A stretch of DNA of 64,000 nt from Candidatus Omnitrophota bacterium (GCA_035402765.1 DAONDX010000004.1:43317-107316); one strand, 5' to 3'; positions 22,157 to 32,333 are shown, counted from the first letter of the stretch. Notes: generated by a model from the sequence alone, not told the origin. Made by a program: numbers and translations.

Positions 22157-23477
22157 TATCGAAGTAGCTTTTAAAGGTCTTTTGACTTGTCTTCAATCTC
22201 TTAAGATGTATGGAGAAGCGCATCCCATGTTCCAAAAATCTCTGGATAAAGCCCTGGAAGATTTTACCGAGGTTTTGAATTCCCGCCGGGAAGTAGTGAT
22301 TGGTATTATCGGCGAGGAATTGGCTTTTGAAAAAGAAGTACTTTTTGATTTGGCGAAATTTTTGCGGCCGTCGATACTTTATTTAAAAGAGAGAAATATC
22401 GAAAGGATTGCTTTCTATAACGGTTTAAGCCGGGAAGAGCTGCGGAAGTTTATCTGTTTTATCGCCGGGCCTAAAGAAGATTTTAAAGGCGATCTGGAGG
22501 CTTCGCTTAGCCTAGCCGGAGTGGAGCATATTAATATCGGCAAACTTAAAGTTGATGCGCAGCCGGGGAAAAATATTCTCGTCCCGACGCAGCCTGCGCT
22601 TTATGATTCTTCCGCGGATGTAATCGGGCAGGCCTTAAATGGAGTCCTTAATTCTCAGAAGATTGACCATCTGGCGCTTAAATTTTCCCTGAATAATATT
22701 ATGGAGAATTTGAGCTCGCAGCGGCAGGAGCTGCTTAAATTAGCTACGGTCAAGCGGTATGATGTTGAGACTTATATTCATATGCTGAACGTTTCTATTT
22801 TTTCCATGTATTTTTCCTCCCGGTTAGGTTTTGATAAAAACGACATTTTGAATATTGGAATGGCGGCGATGTATCATGATGTAGGTAAACTTTTTATTTC
22901 CCGTAAAATATTACATAAGCCCAGCCAGCTTACGGATCAGGAATTCGGACAGATCAAAAGCCATACGGTATTAGGCGCCCAGATTATGCTTAAATATGTT
23001 GATACTCTGGGTATTCTGCCGGTGGTGGTTTCTTTCGAACATCATTTAAAATATGATTCTTCCGGGTATCCCAGGATGCCTTTTTTAAGAAAACAGCATA
23101 TTGCTTCCATGATTGTTGGGATTTGCGACGTTTACGATGCTCTTTCGCAAAGGCGCGGCTATAAACAGGATTATTCTCCGGATGTGGTTTATAACATAAT
23201 GAATAAAGATAGGGGGAGTGCTTTTGATCCGGAGTTATTGGATAAATTTTTCAAATTCATGGGGCTTTGGCCGATCGGAGCGGTGGTGGCTTTGAATGAT
23301 AATAGCGTTGCTTTAGTCAGGAGCCAAAATGAATCAGATATTCGCAGGCCGAAGATCGAGATAGTTTCGCCAGCAGAAAATAAACGGCAAGTGGATTTAA
23401 TCCAGGATACCAATTTAAGTATCGTGCGTTATCTTAATCCTTGGAAAGAAGGGAAGGAATTTTTGGAATTGGGTTAG
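22146..23477 (+). CDS. HD-GYP domain phosphodiesterase with an N-terminal uncharacterised (DUF3391-like) domain
   Basis: HD motif MAAMYHDVGK and signature HHLKYDSSGYP. 443 aa. Confidence 0.8.
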   Translation: MHSDIEVAFKGLLTCLQSLKMYGEAHPMFQKSLDKALEDFTEVLNSRREVVIGIIGEELAFEKEVLFDLAKFLRPSILYLKERNIERIAFYNGLSREELRKFICFIAGPKEDFKGDLEASLSLAGVEHINIGKLKVDAQPGKNILVPTQPALYDSSADVIGQALNGVLNSQKIDHLALKFSLNNIMENLSSQRQELLKLATVKRYDVETYIHMLNVSIFSMYFSSRLGFDKNDILNIGMAAMYHDVGKLFISRKILHKPSQLTDQEFGQIKSHTVLGAQIMLKYVDTLGILPVVVSFEHHLKYDSSGYPRMPFLRKQHIASMIVGICDVYDALSQRRGYKQDYSPDVVYNIMNKDRGSAFDPELLDKFFKFMGLWPIGAVVALNDNSVALVRSQNESDIRRPKIEIVSPAENKRQVDLIQDTNLSIVRYLNPWKEGKEFLELG

Positions 23478-23673
23478 CGGTCCTGTTATTCCTTGCGCTG
23501 TTAGCGCCGGTAAATAATATATTTACTTTTCTATGACCGGTGGTATAGTGTTGCTAAACAAAGGCGTTTAGGAGCCGGATTATCGGCACTAAGCGCTTTT
23601 TTTATGAAGAATAATTTTACTCGCTTTACAAGTCAGTTATCTTATAATACAATAATCTAATAACGAGGGAAAA

Positions 23674-25200
23674 ATGACCGGAAAACTAGGTTTTGACAAC
23701 GAAAAATATCTTAAGGAACAAACCGCAGCTATCCTGGACAGGGTAAAAAGTTTTGATAATAAACTCTATCTGGAATTTGGGGGTAAACTGTGTTTTGACT
23801 ATCATGCCGCCCGCGTCCTGCCGGGTTATGACCCGAATGTAAAAATTAGATTACTGCAATGTTTAAAAGATAAGATTGATATTGTGCTTTCCATCTACGC
23901 TGCGGATATTGAAACGGGCAGGGTGCGCGGAGATTTCGGGATTACCTATGATGCGGCTACTTTAAAACTGATCGATGATTTAAGAAAATGGGGTCTGGAT
24001 GTTTTGGCGGTGGTGATCACGCGTTTTGCCAATCAGCCTTCGGCGGTCATATTTAAAAATAAATTGGAGCGCCGCGGAGTAAAGGTTTATTTGCACTATC
24101 CGATTTCCGGGTATCCGGCGGACGTGGATGCGATTGTCAGTGAAAAAGGTTTTGGTAAAAATGATTATATTCAAACTAAAAATCCTATCGTGGTAGTCAC
24201 TGCCCCAGGTCCTAATAGCGGAAAGTTGTCTACTTGTCTGTCGCAGCTATTCCATGAGCACAAGCGTAAGGTCAATGCCGGTTACGCAAAATTTGAAACT
24301 TTTCCGATCTGGAATTTGCCGCTTAAGCATCCGGTTAACATTGCTTATGAAGCAGCTACGGCGGATATTCAGGATTTCAACCTGATTGATCCGTTCCATT
24401 TAGAAAAATATAACCAGAGTGCGGTTAATTATAACCGGGATGTAGAAAGTTTTCCCATCCTTAAACTTATGTTAAGCAGGATTTTTACCAAAGAATTTAA
24501 TTTTCCCACCTATAATTCTCCCACCGACATGGGAGTTAACCGTGCGGGTTTTGGAATTATTGATGACCAGGTAGTGCAGGAGGCGGCTAAACAAGAGCTG
24601 ATCCGGCGGTACTTTAGATATAACAGTGAATATGTTTTAGGGATTGAGAAAAAAGAGACGGTGGACCGGGTGGCGGCGATGATGGAGGAAACGGGGGTTA
24701 AGGTTACCGACCGGGCGGTAGTGGAGATATCCAGAAAAGCCGCCGAAGAGGCAGAGAAACAGAATAAAGGGCATGATGGTATATTCTGCGCTGCGGCCAT
24801 TCAGTTAGGCAGCGGAGAGGTAATTACGGGGAAAAATTCCGGGTTAATGCATGCTGCTTCAAGCTTAATCATGAACGCGCTTAAAGTTTTAGCGCATATT
24901 CCGGATGAGATTTTGCTTTTGAGTCCGCATGTTATAAGCCAGATCGCTAAACTGAAAGAAGATATTTTAAGGTCAGATTCTGAAAACCTGGATCTGGAGG
25001 AGTGTTTGATCGCTCTTTCCATAAGCGCGGCGACCAGCCATACTGCGGAGTTAGCGATGCAGAAGCTTAGCCAGCTAAGGGGATGTGAAGTGCATATGAC
25101 GCACATTCCTACTCCGGGAGATGAAGTCGGCCTCAAACGGCTGGGAGTAAATTTAACCACGGATGGGAAGTTTTCCTCACGGAATCTTTTTGTCGCTTAA
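23674..25200 (+). CDS. UPF0371/DUF1846-family protein
   Basis: 508 aa. The N-terminus MTGKLGFDNEKYLKEQTAAILDRV and overall length resemble the conserved UPF0371 family; this is recalled from memory, not searched. Confidence 0.5.
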   Translation: MTGKLGFDNEKYLKEQTAAILDRVKSFDNKLYLEFGGKLCFDYHAARVLPGYDPNVKIRLLQCLKDKIDIVLSIYAADIETGRVRGDFGITYDAATLKLIDDLRKWGLDVLAVVITRFANQPSAVIFKNKLERRGVKVYLHYPISGYPADVDAIVSEKGFGKNDYIQTKNPIVVVTAPGPNSGKLSTCLSQLFHEHKRKVNAGYAKFETFPIWNLPLKHPVNIAYEAATADIQDFNLIDPFHLEKYNQSAVNYNRDVESFPILKLMLSRIFTKEFNFPTYNSPTDMGVNRAGFGIIDDQVVQEAAKQELIRRYFRYNSEYVLGIEKKETVDRVAAMMEETGVKVTDRAVVEISRKAAEEAEKQNKGHDGIFCAAAIQLGSGEVITGKNSGLMHAASSLIMNALKVLAHIPDEILLLSPHVISQIAKLKEDILRSDSENLDLEECLIALSISAATSHTAELAMQKLSQLRGCEVHMTHIPTPGDEVGLKRLGVNLTTDGKFSSRNLFVA

Positions 25201-25217
25201 GAAGACCATTTTAAATT

Positions 25218-26612
25218 ATGTCAGTTAAAATAAAATTTTTGGGGGGAGCAAAAACAGTTACCGGCTCCAGCCATTTAATTTCAGCCGGCAGTACGGATAT
25301 CCTGCTGGATGGAGGACTCTTCCAAGGGCATCGTGAAGCTTTCTATAAAATCAATACCACGTTTCATTATAATCCCCGGACGATTAAAGCTATGGTTCTG
25401 TCGCATGCCCATATCGACCATTGCGGCAATATCCCTAATTTAATTAAACAGGGCTTACGCTGTAAGATTTATACAACTTCAGCCACTAAGGATTTGGCGG
25501 ATCTGATGTTAGTGGATTCGGGCAAGATCCAGGAAGAAGATGTGCGCTATTTAAATAAAATTAACCGGCGCATGAATTTACCTTTACGCAAAGCTTTGTA
25601 TACCGCTAAAGAGGCTTCTAAAAGCACCCGGATATTCCGTTCTATTTCGTATAACCAGAAATTTTGTATTGCCAAAGATATCTTTGCCACGATTATCGAT
25701 GCCGGGCACATTCTGGGCTCCGGGATTGTCGTCCTGGATATTAAGGATGGTGATCGTTCTCTGCGTTTAGGTTATGCTGTAGATTTGGGAAGAAAGAATT
25801 TGCCGCTTTTGGATAATCCGGTAATTCCCAAAGGCTTAGATTATTTAATCCTGGAGTCTACTTATGGCGGCAGGCTGCATCGGCCGATTGATGAAGCGCA
25901 GTCGAAATTAAGAGAAGCGATCAGCCGGGCGGTTAAAAGGGGAGGCAAAGTGCTTATTCCTTCTTTTACCTTGGAGCGTACTCAGGAGGTAATCTACTTC
26001 TTAAATGAATTGCTTAAGGAAAAGATTATTCCTTCAGTACCGATTTATGTGGATAGTCCGCTGGCTACCAACATTACTGATCTTTTCAAGTATCACTTGG
26101 ATTTTTTGAATGAAAAAACCCGCCTGGCATTCAGCCGGGGGGATAATCCCTTTGAATTATTAAATTTACGCTTTGTGCGCGATCAAAAAGAATCCAAGTC
26201 TTTGAATATGGATAAACGGCCGATGATTATTATTGCCGGAAGCGGAATGTGCGAGTCCGGGAGAATACTGCATCATTTGCAGAATAACATCGAGGATTCC
26301 CGGAATATGATATTAGTGGTCGGATATATGGCTCAGGATACCTTGGGCAGGAGGATCGTTGATAAAACTCCTTTTGTAAAGATATTCGGAGTAGAGTATG
26401 AGTTGAATGCGGAAGTGGTGGTAATTAACTCTTTCTCCGGCCATGCCGACCAAAAGGAATTATTGGATTTTGTCTCCGGTTGCCTTCCGCTTAAAAAGAT
26501 CTTTCTGGTGCACGGAGAATTGGAGCAATCTCAGGCTTTGGCGGATATCCTGATCTCTAAGGGCATAGCTGTGCATATCCCGGATAAAGATGAAGAAGTA
26601 TTGCTTAATTGA
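25218..26612 (+). CDS. Metallo-beta-lactamase-fold beta-CASP family nuclease (RNase J/CPSF-like)
   Basis: HAHIDHCGNIP (HxHxDH) zinc motif plus downstream beta-CASP-like regions (LESTYGGR..., ...SGHAD...). 464 aa. Confidence 0.7.
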   Translation: MSVKIKFLGGAKTVTGSSHLISAGSTDILLDGGLFQGHREAFYKINTTFHYNPRTIKAMVLSHAHIDHCGNIPNLIKQGLRCKIYTTSATKDLADLMLVDSGKIQEEDVRYLNKINRRMNLPLRKALYTAKEASKSTRIFRSISYNQKFCIAKDIFATIIDAGHILGSGIVVLDIKDGDRSLRLGYAVDLGRKNLPLLDNPVIPKGLDYLILESTYGGRLHRPIDEAQSKLREAISRAVKRGGKVLIPSFTLERTQEVIYFLNELLKEKIIPSVPIYVDSPLATNITDLFKYHLDFLNEKTRLAFSRGDNPFELLNLRFVRDQKESKSLNMDKRPMIIIAGSGMCESGRILHHLQNNIEDSRNMILVVGYMAQDTLGRRIVDKTPFVKIFGVEYELNAEVVVINSFSGHADQKELLDFVSGCLPLKKIFLVHGELEQSQALADILISKGIAVHIPDKDEEVLLN

Positions 26613-26690
26613 TGGATTTGTGGTAATATTACACCTTGCTTAATTTATTGAGAAGATTTATTCAGATAAAACTTATAGGAGGAATATAAC

Positions 26691-26939
26691 ATGATCGGTG
26701 GTTTTTCTACTCCCAAAAAAGATAAAGCGCTTAAATCTAGCGGTGGAAAACTGGTCAAAACCGGTGAAATCCTGGTGCGCGGGGTCGATACCTATAAAGC
26801 GGGAATTAATGTCCGCGGTCTAGGCACATTATTTGCCTCTTGTCCGGGTAAAGTTTATTTTACGCGGAAAAAGACCAGCCATGGTAAGCTGCGTACTTTT
26901 GTTAATGTCGCCCCGGTAGCCAAAACTGCTAAGAAATAA
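26691..26939 (+). CDS. Divergent ribosomal protein L27-like protein (orphan; not in an rplU-rpmA context)
   Basis: 82 aa. The core GEILVR...GINVRGLGTLFASCPGKVYFT aligns with L27 (AGNILVRQRGT...[23 protein letters not shown]), but the N-terminus is atypical and the RQRGT motif is altered. RBS AGGAGG upstream. Confidence 0.5.
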   Translation: MIGGFSTPKKDKALKSSGGKLVKTGEILVRGVDTYKAGINVRGLGTLFASCPGKVYFTRKKTSHGKLRTFVNVAPVAKTAKK

Positions 26940-26940
26940 T

Positions 26941-28029
26941 ATGCCGAGTTTAGCTAAAAGCTATTCTCACCGCAAATACACTCTAAGTATCATTGATATG
27001 TTTTATAGTTTAGCCCTGCTCCTGGTTTTTTTAGGATCGGGGCTTTCTTTATTTTTAGAAAATCTCCTACAAAATTTCGCTTTGCCTTCTTACGCATTGA
27101 TCGCCGGGTACCTATTGGTTATTTCTTTGGGTTACTATTTATTTAATTTGCCGCTTAATTTCTATTCCGATTTTACCCTGGAGCATAAATTTCATCTTTC
27201 CAAGCAGGGAGCGGGTGCTTGGTGGATGGACCAGTTAAAATCCCAAGCATTGTCCTATCTATTTTCTCTGATTTTAGTTTTATCTTTTTATTGGGTTCTG
27301 GCTAAATTTAGCCAGTGGTGGCTGGTTCTCTCTATCCTTTGGATAATTTTTAGCGTGGTTTTAGCTAAAATAGCCCCGGTTTTAATCATCCCCTTATTTT
27401 TTAAATACAAAAAACTGGAAGACGAGGCTTTACGGATAAGAATTTTTGATTTAGCTGCCAAAATGCAGATTAAGCTGATGGAAGTTTCTGAAATAGATTT
27501 CAGTAAAAAGACGCTTAAGGCGAATGCTGCTTTTTGCGGGCTGGGTAAAACTAAACGCGTGCTCCTGGCCGATACTTTAAGGGACAAGTATACTCATAAT
27601 GAAGTAGAGGTGATCCTGGCGCATGAGTTTGCGCATTACCGGCTTAAACATATTATCAAGCTGATTGCCGTCAATGCTTTAGTGACTCTGGGGTTGTTTT
27701 ATCTGATTTTTAAAACCAGTATTATAACTTTAGGGGTATTTAAATTAAATTCTCTATCTCAATTGGCCAGTTTACCGTTAGTTTTTCTTTATTTTATGCT
27801 TTTTGGAATTATCTCTCAACCTCTGGAAGCCTGGTTTAGCCGTAAATTGGAAAAAGAGGCGGATTTACTGGCCCTCAAAGTTACTCAGGACAAAGAGGCC
27901 TTTATCAGCCTGATGGAAAAATTAGCCGAACAAAATCTTTCCGATCGCCACCCCCACCCGGTAATTAAATTTTTCTTTTTTAACCATCCGTCGATTGATG
28001 AGCGGATAGAGAGCGCAAAGTCTTATTAG
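26941..28029 (+). CDS. M48-family (HtpX/Ste24-like) membrane zinc metalloprotease
   Basis: Several N-terminal TM helices, HExxH motif VILAHEFAHYRLKH, and a downstream EKEAD Glu ligand. 362 aa. Starts 2 nt after the L27-like gene. Confidence 0.75.
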   Translation: MPSLAKSYSHRKYTLSIIDMFYSLALLLVFLGSGLSLFLENLLQNFALPSYALIAGYLLVISLGYYLFNLPLNFYSDFTLEHKFHLSKQGAGAWWMDQLKSQALSYLFSLILVLSFYWVLAKFSQWWLVLSILWIIFSVVLAKIAPVLIIPLFFKYKKLEDEALRIRIFDLAAKMQIKLMEVSEIDFSKKTLKANAAFCGLGKTKRVLLADTLRDKYTHNEVEVILAHEFAHYRLKHIIKLIAVNALVTLGLFYLIFKTSIITLGVFKLNSLSQLASLPLVFLYFMLFGIISQPLEAWFSRKLEKEADLLALKVTQDKEAFISLMEKLAEQNLSDRHPHPVIKFFFFNHPSIDERIESAKSY

Positions 28030-28137
28030 ATTTAGCGGGTCCTCTGGTCAGCAGGCCGCGCCGACGCAATACTCGGTTATCCGTTAAGAATTTTGGAGTT
28101 TGCTATTTTCTTTTTTTGTAGTAGCAGGCGGCAATAC

Positions 28138-29280
28138 TTAATTATTTTGCAGGAAATTCAGGATAAATCCGGCCGCCCGGTCTGCTGCTTGGGGCGCGCC
28201 GAGTGAATCTTTTACCGCTTTAAGGTTTTGGTTCATGCTTTGGGCAGAGAGAGGATTTTGAAGCAGTTCGATGATAGCTTGGGCAATCATTTTAGGCCGG
28301 GCGTTAAATTGAATAAACTCCGGAACGATTTTTCTTCCCGCGACAATATTTACCATTCCGATATAAGGTATCTTTATCTGCGGCCGGTAAAGCAAATAAT
28401 TTAGTAAATTGGTTTTATATGCGATGACAAAAGGTTTTTGAATGATCGCTGCTTCCAGGGTAGCGGTTCCTGAGCAGACAATGCTGGCTTGAGCAATGTT
28501 CAGGCAGTCGCTAGCTCGTCCGTCAATAATTTTCAAATCTAAAGCAAAATTTTTGCAGATATTTAAATAGTTTTGGGTTTCCAGGTTAGGAGCCTTAGCG
28601 ATAATAAACTGTGTCTGAGGAATCGCCTGATTAATCAGCTGCGCAGTTTTTAGCATTAAAGGTAAAATTAACCTGACCTCCTGTTTACGCGATCCGGGAA
28701 GCAGAGAGATAATTTTTTTTCCCGGGTTTATCCCGAAGCGATCGGCAAAATCCTGTTGATTTACCGAAGAAGTAACTAGATCTATTAAAGGGTGTCCGGC
28801 GAAATCTGCCTGGATCTGGTGTTTTCGGTAGAATTCTTCTTCAAATTTAAAAAGTACTACCATTTTTGAAATAAATCTTTTGATAGAATTTATACGGCCT
28901 TCCCTAGAGGCCCAGATTTGAGGGCTGACATAATAGATTACCGGAAGGCGTTTGTTGACGGCGGCGGCCAATCGCAAATTAAATCCGGAAAAATCCACCA
29001 GGATCAGGCAATCCGGTTGTTCGGCATTAAGTTTAGCTAAGACCAATTTCTTTAGCTTTAGGAAACGGGGTAATTTTTTTAGCACATCAAAAAAACCCAT
29101 TACGGAAAGTTCGTTGATATTATAAAAAATTTCCGCTCTGGTTTTAGCTAAATGCAGGCCTCCCACGCCGCAAAATTTAATCTGGGGCTGGAGTTTCTGG
29201 AGGGCGGCTACGAGATTTCCGGCTAACAGGTCTCCGGAGGGTTCTCCGCAGACAATCATTATCTTTTTTATTTCTGCCAT
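28138..29280 (-). CDS. lpxB: Lipid-A-disaccharide synthase
   Basis: N-terminus MAEIKKIMIVCGEPSGDLLAGNLVAAL matches LpxB. 380 aa. Confidence 0.85.
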   Translation of the reverse strand: MAEIKKIMIVCGEPSGDLLAGNLVAALQKLQPQIKFCGVGGLHLAKTRAEIFYNINELSVMGFFDVLKKLPRFLKLKKLVLAKLNAEQPDCLILVDFSGFNLRLAAAVNKRLPVIYYVSPQIWASREGRINSIKRFISKMVVLFKFEEEFYRKHQIQADFAGHPLIDLVTSSVNQQDFADRFGINPGKKIISLLPGSRKQEVRLILPLMLKTAQLINQAIPQTQFIIAKAPNLETQNYLNICKNFALDLKIIDGRASDCLNIAQASIVCSGTATLEAAIIQKPFVIAYKTNLLNYLLYRPQIKIPYIGMVNIVAGRKIVPEFIQFNARPKMIAQAIIELLQNPLSAQSMNQNLKAVKDSLGAPQAADRAAGFILNFLQNN

Positions 29281-30185
29281 ATCTGTTTTTGGATGGTTAA
29301 AGCCACGGCTAAGGCGTCGCGGGCCACCGGACCTGAAACCAGGGGTTCCTTATTATTAATAACGCAGTCTACAAAGGATGCCAGTTCTTTCTGCAAGGGT
29401 TGTTCTTTTTCAATCGGCAGGCGCTCTTTGGTTATTTTATCCCCGAGTTTTCGGTATACGCAAGCCTCAGCGTTTTTATAGTCTAAAGATATGTAAGTAT
29501 TTTCCTGAAATATGCGGATTTTACGCATTATTTCGTCGGATATGCGGCTGGCGGTAAGGTTGGCGATGCAGCCGTTTTTAAAAGTCAAGCGGGCGTTAGC
29601 GATATCTTCAAAAGCAGTGAGCACATTAATCCCGACGGATTCAACCCTCTCCAAAGGGGAATCTACCAGCCCTAAAACAATATCAATATCGTGGATCATA
29701 ATATCTAAGACTGCGCCGACATCCAGCGAACGGTTAGGAAAAGGAGAGAGGCGGTGGCATTCGATAAATTTGGGGTCTTTGATTATTTTTTGGGTGGCCG
29801 TAAAAGCGGAATTAAATCTTTCGATATGGCCGACCTGCAGGATAAGATGCTGATCTTTAGCCAGCTTGATTAATTGATCCGCCTCTTCCAGGTTTACCGT
29901 AAAGGGCTTTTCAACTAGAAGATGTACCCCGGCCTTAAGAAACTCTTCGGCTATTCTATAATGCCGCAGAGTAGGTACTGCTACGCTAGCAGCGTTAATT
30001 TTACCCAGCAGCTCTTGCGGGTTGGTGTATCCGGGTACCCTAAGGGAGCCGGATACCTCTTTAAGCCGCGCTGGATCGGAATCGCATACCCCGACTAAAG
30101 TGCACCCGGGGATATGTTTATAGATTTTGGCATGAATGCTGCCTAAATGCCCTACTCCGATTACGCCTACTTTAAGTTTATCCAT
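29268..30185 (-). CDS. Gfo/Idh/MocA-family NAD(P)-dependent oxidoreductase
   Basis: Rossmann N-terminus MDKLKVGVIGVGHLGSIHA and the EKP motif (LLVEKPFTV). Start placed at the ATG giving MDKLK...; the tool ORF extends 12 codons further to a TTG. Overlaps lpxB by 13 nt. Confidence 0.8.
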   Translation of the reverse strand: MDKLKVGVIGVGHLGSIHAKIYKHIPGCTLVGVCDSDPARLKEVSGSLRVPGYTNPQELLGKINAASVAVPTLRHYRIAEEFLKAGVHLLVEKPFTVNLEEADQLIKLAKDQHLILQVGHIERFNSAFTATQKIIKDPKFIECHRLSPFPNRSLDVGAVLDIMIHDIDIVLGLVDSPLERVESVGINVLTAFEDIANARLTFKNGCIANLTASRISDEIMRKIRIFQENTYISLDYKNAEACVYRKLGDKITKERLPIEKEQPLQKELASFVDCVINNKEPLVSGPVARDALAVALTIQKQIWQK

Positions 30186-30354
30186 GTTTAAAATCATAGC
30201 AGAGTAGGTGGTGACTTGCAATAGGAATTTTTTAAGGGTGGTTGGACCGGGATAAAAGGTGCTGAAAAATAATGAAAAGGTAATTATAGGGCAAGGCTTA
30301 AGGGTAGCTTGCCCTAAACAAAGCGAGCCTGGTTATTAAAACCAATAAAAAGGT

Positions 30355-30383
30355 TTGCTATGGTTGAGGGTATATGTTAGAAT
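30355..30383 (+). promoter_or_regulatory. sigma70-like promoter for msbA (TTGCTA-N17-TAGAAT)
   Basis: Motifs at 30355-30360 and 30378-30383, about 25 nt upstream of the msbA ATG, in the lpxB/msbA divergent intergenic region. Confidence 0.4.
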
Positions 30384-30407
30384 ACTTTCCTTAAAGAAAG
30401 GTAAAGA

Positions 30408-32198
30408 ATGAAGGACTATCTGAAATTACTGCAATTTGTCAAGCCTTATAAGCTGCTTTTTCTGGGGGCGATCATCTGTATGGGGTTTTCCGCGGTGTTT
30501 GACGGAGTATCCTTAGCGATGATGGTTCCTCTGGCGGATAAGGTTCTGACCAATAAAAAGATCATTGTCCCTACCAAATTGCCTGATTTCCTTGCGGGTT
30601 TTGTGGATAAAATAAACAATACCCCTCCGGAAGTCTTGCTTAACTATATGGTGGTTATAGTTTTACTACTTTTTTTATTTAAAGGTATTTTCGGATTCTA
30701 TCAAAGTTATTTTATGTCCGATATCGGTCAAAGAGTTATCCGGGATATCCGAAGCCGTCTTTACGCCAAAATTCAGTCGTTATCCCTGAATTATTTTACC
30801 CATAAACGCGGCGGTGAACTGATGTCCAGGATTACTAATGATGTCAAACTGGTTGAAAATGCCGTTTCTTACGGTTCGACGGATTTAATTTATCAGAGTT
30901 TGCAGATCGTTATCTTTGCCGTAGTTATTTTCTTTATTTATTTTAAAATGGCGTTAATTGCTTTTGTATTTCTGCCGCTGATCAGTTACCCGATCGTCAG
31001 GATGGGTAAAATCTTGAGAAAACTTTCCAAGCGTTCCCAGGAAAAGATCGCCGACACTAACTCCCTGCTTTATGAAACAATTATGGGAGCTAGAGTAGTG
31101 AAAGCTTTCAATATGGAGGGATACGAGGTCAGCCGGTTTAACCGGGTAAATTCAGATTATTATAAGATCAGCATGAAAACCATTAAGCGCTCGCTTCTGC
31201 TTAATCCTATTACGGAGTTCCTGGGGGTGGTAGCCGGGGTTTTGGTGTTTTTCTGGGGTGGCCGCGAGGTTATGTCCGGGAAGGTATCTTTCGGTGTCTT
31301 CGGGCTTTTTCTCGGTTCGTTGTTATCTCTGATCCGCCCGTTTAAGAAATTAAGCGCGGTTAATGCCTTAAACCAGCAGGCTATGGCGGCCAGCGAGCGT
31401 ATCCATGAGGTGTTGGAAACGGAAACCAGCGTAAAAGAACAGTTATTGCCAAAGATTTTAAGCGAATTTAAGAAAAATATTAAATTTAACGATATCTGGT
31501 TCAGCTATGCTGATACGCAAATTTTAAAAGGCGTTAATTTAAGTATTGAATATGGCCAGATGCTGGCGATTGTCGGCCCGAGCGGCTCGGGTAAGAGTAC
31601 CCTGGTAGATTTAATTCCGCGTTTTTATGATCCGCAAAAAGGGGAAATTTTGATCGATGGGGTAAATATTCAGGAACTTAGTTTAAAGTCGCTCCGCAGC
31701 CAGATCGGGATCGTTAATCAGGAAACCATGCTTTTTAATGATACGATCCGCGCTAATATCGCTTACGGCAGGCTTAACGCCACTGCTTCTGAAATTGAAG
31801 AAGCGGCTAAAAAAGCGCATGCCCATGAGTTTATTCTTAATTGCCCGCAGGGCTATGACACGATTATCGGGGACCGGGGAGTGATGATCTCCGGCGGAGA
31901 ACGCCAGCGGATCGCCATTGCCCGCGCTCTTTTAAAGAATGCCCCGATATTGATTTTAGATGAGGCTACCTCACAACTGGATTCAACATCTGAACGTATT
32001 GTGCAGGCGGCTTTAGATCACCTGGTGAGCGGCAGAACGGTATTCGTGGTGGCTCACCGGCTTTCCACAGTAAGGAATGCTAACCGCATTGTGGTTATAG
32101 ATAAAGGTATGATCGTTGAACAGGGTACGCATAGCCAACTATTGGAAAAAGGTGGTTTGTATAAACGGCTTTACGAAGCTCAAGAGCTGCAAAAATGA
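30408..32198 (+). CDS. msbA: ABC transporter, fused permease/ATPase, MsbA-like lipid A exporter
   Basis: Six N-terminal TM helices, Walker A GPSGSGKST, ABC signature LSGGERQR, Walker B ILILDEATS. 596 aa. Divergent from lpxB. Confidence 0.85.
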   Translation: MKDYLKLLQFVKPYKLLFLGAIICMGFSAVFDGVSLAMMVPLADKVLTNKKIIVPTKLPDFLAGFVDKINNTPPEVLLNYMVVIVLLLFLFKGIFGFYQSYFMSDIGQRVIRDIRSRLYAKIQSLSLNYFTHKRGGELMSRITNDVKLVENAVSYGSTDLIYQSLQIVIFAVVIFFIYFKMALIAFVFLPLISYPIVRMGKILRKLSKRSQEKIADTNSLLYETIMGARVVKAFNMEGYEVSRFNRVNSDYYKISMKTIKRSLLLNPITEFLGVVAGVLVFFWGGREVMSGKVSFGVFGLFLGSLLSLIRPFKKLSAVNALNQQAMAASERIHEVLETETSVKEQLLPKILSEFKKNIKFNDIWFSYADTQILKGVNLSIEYGQMLAIVGPSGSGKSTLVDLIPRFYDPQKGEILIDGVNIQELSLKSLRSQIGIVNQETMLFNDTIRANIAYGRLNATASEIEEAAKKAHAHEFILNCPQGYDTIIGDRGVMISGGERQRIAIARALLKNAPILILDEATSQLDSTSERIVQAALDHLVSGRTVFVVAHRLSTVRNANRIVVIDKGMIVEQGTHSQLLEKGGLYKRLYEAQELQK

Positions 32199-32305
32199 CG
32201 TTTAAGACCCGGATTCTTTCCGCCTCAAAGGCTTACGCTGAGAATCTCTAGAATTTCGATGGATTCCATGCTTTGCGCTAAAAGCAATTTGTGCATTAAA
32301 AATAG

Positions 32306-32333
32306 TTGCAAATAAGTAAAATTTTGCTATAAT
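32306..32333 (+). promoter_or_regulatory. sigma70-like promoter for the rpsB-tsf-pyrH-frr operon (TTGCAA-N16-TATAAT)
   Basis: Consensus-like hexamers at 32306-32311 and 32328-32333. They leave a 5' leader of about 200 nt before rpsB. Confidence 0.45.

Noticed and set aside
23560-23660. Promoter for the UPF0371 gene (TTTACA...TATAAT) and an upstream terminator-like hairpin
   Set aside because: The hexamer spacing (about 12 nt) is wrong for sigma70, and the hairpin preceding the T-run is imperfect. The evidence is too weak to annotate.
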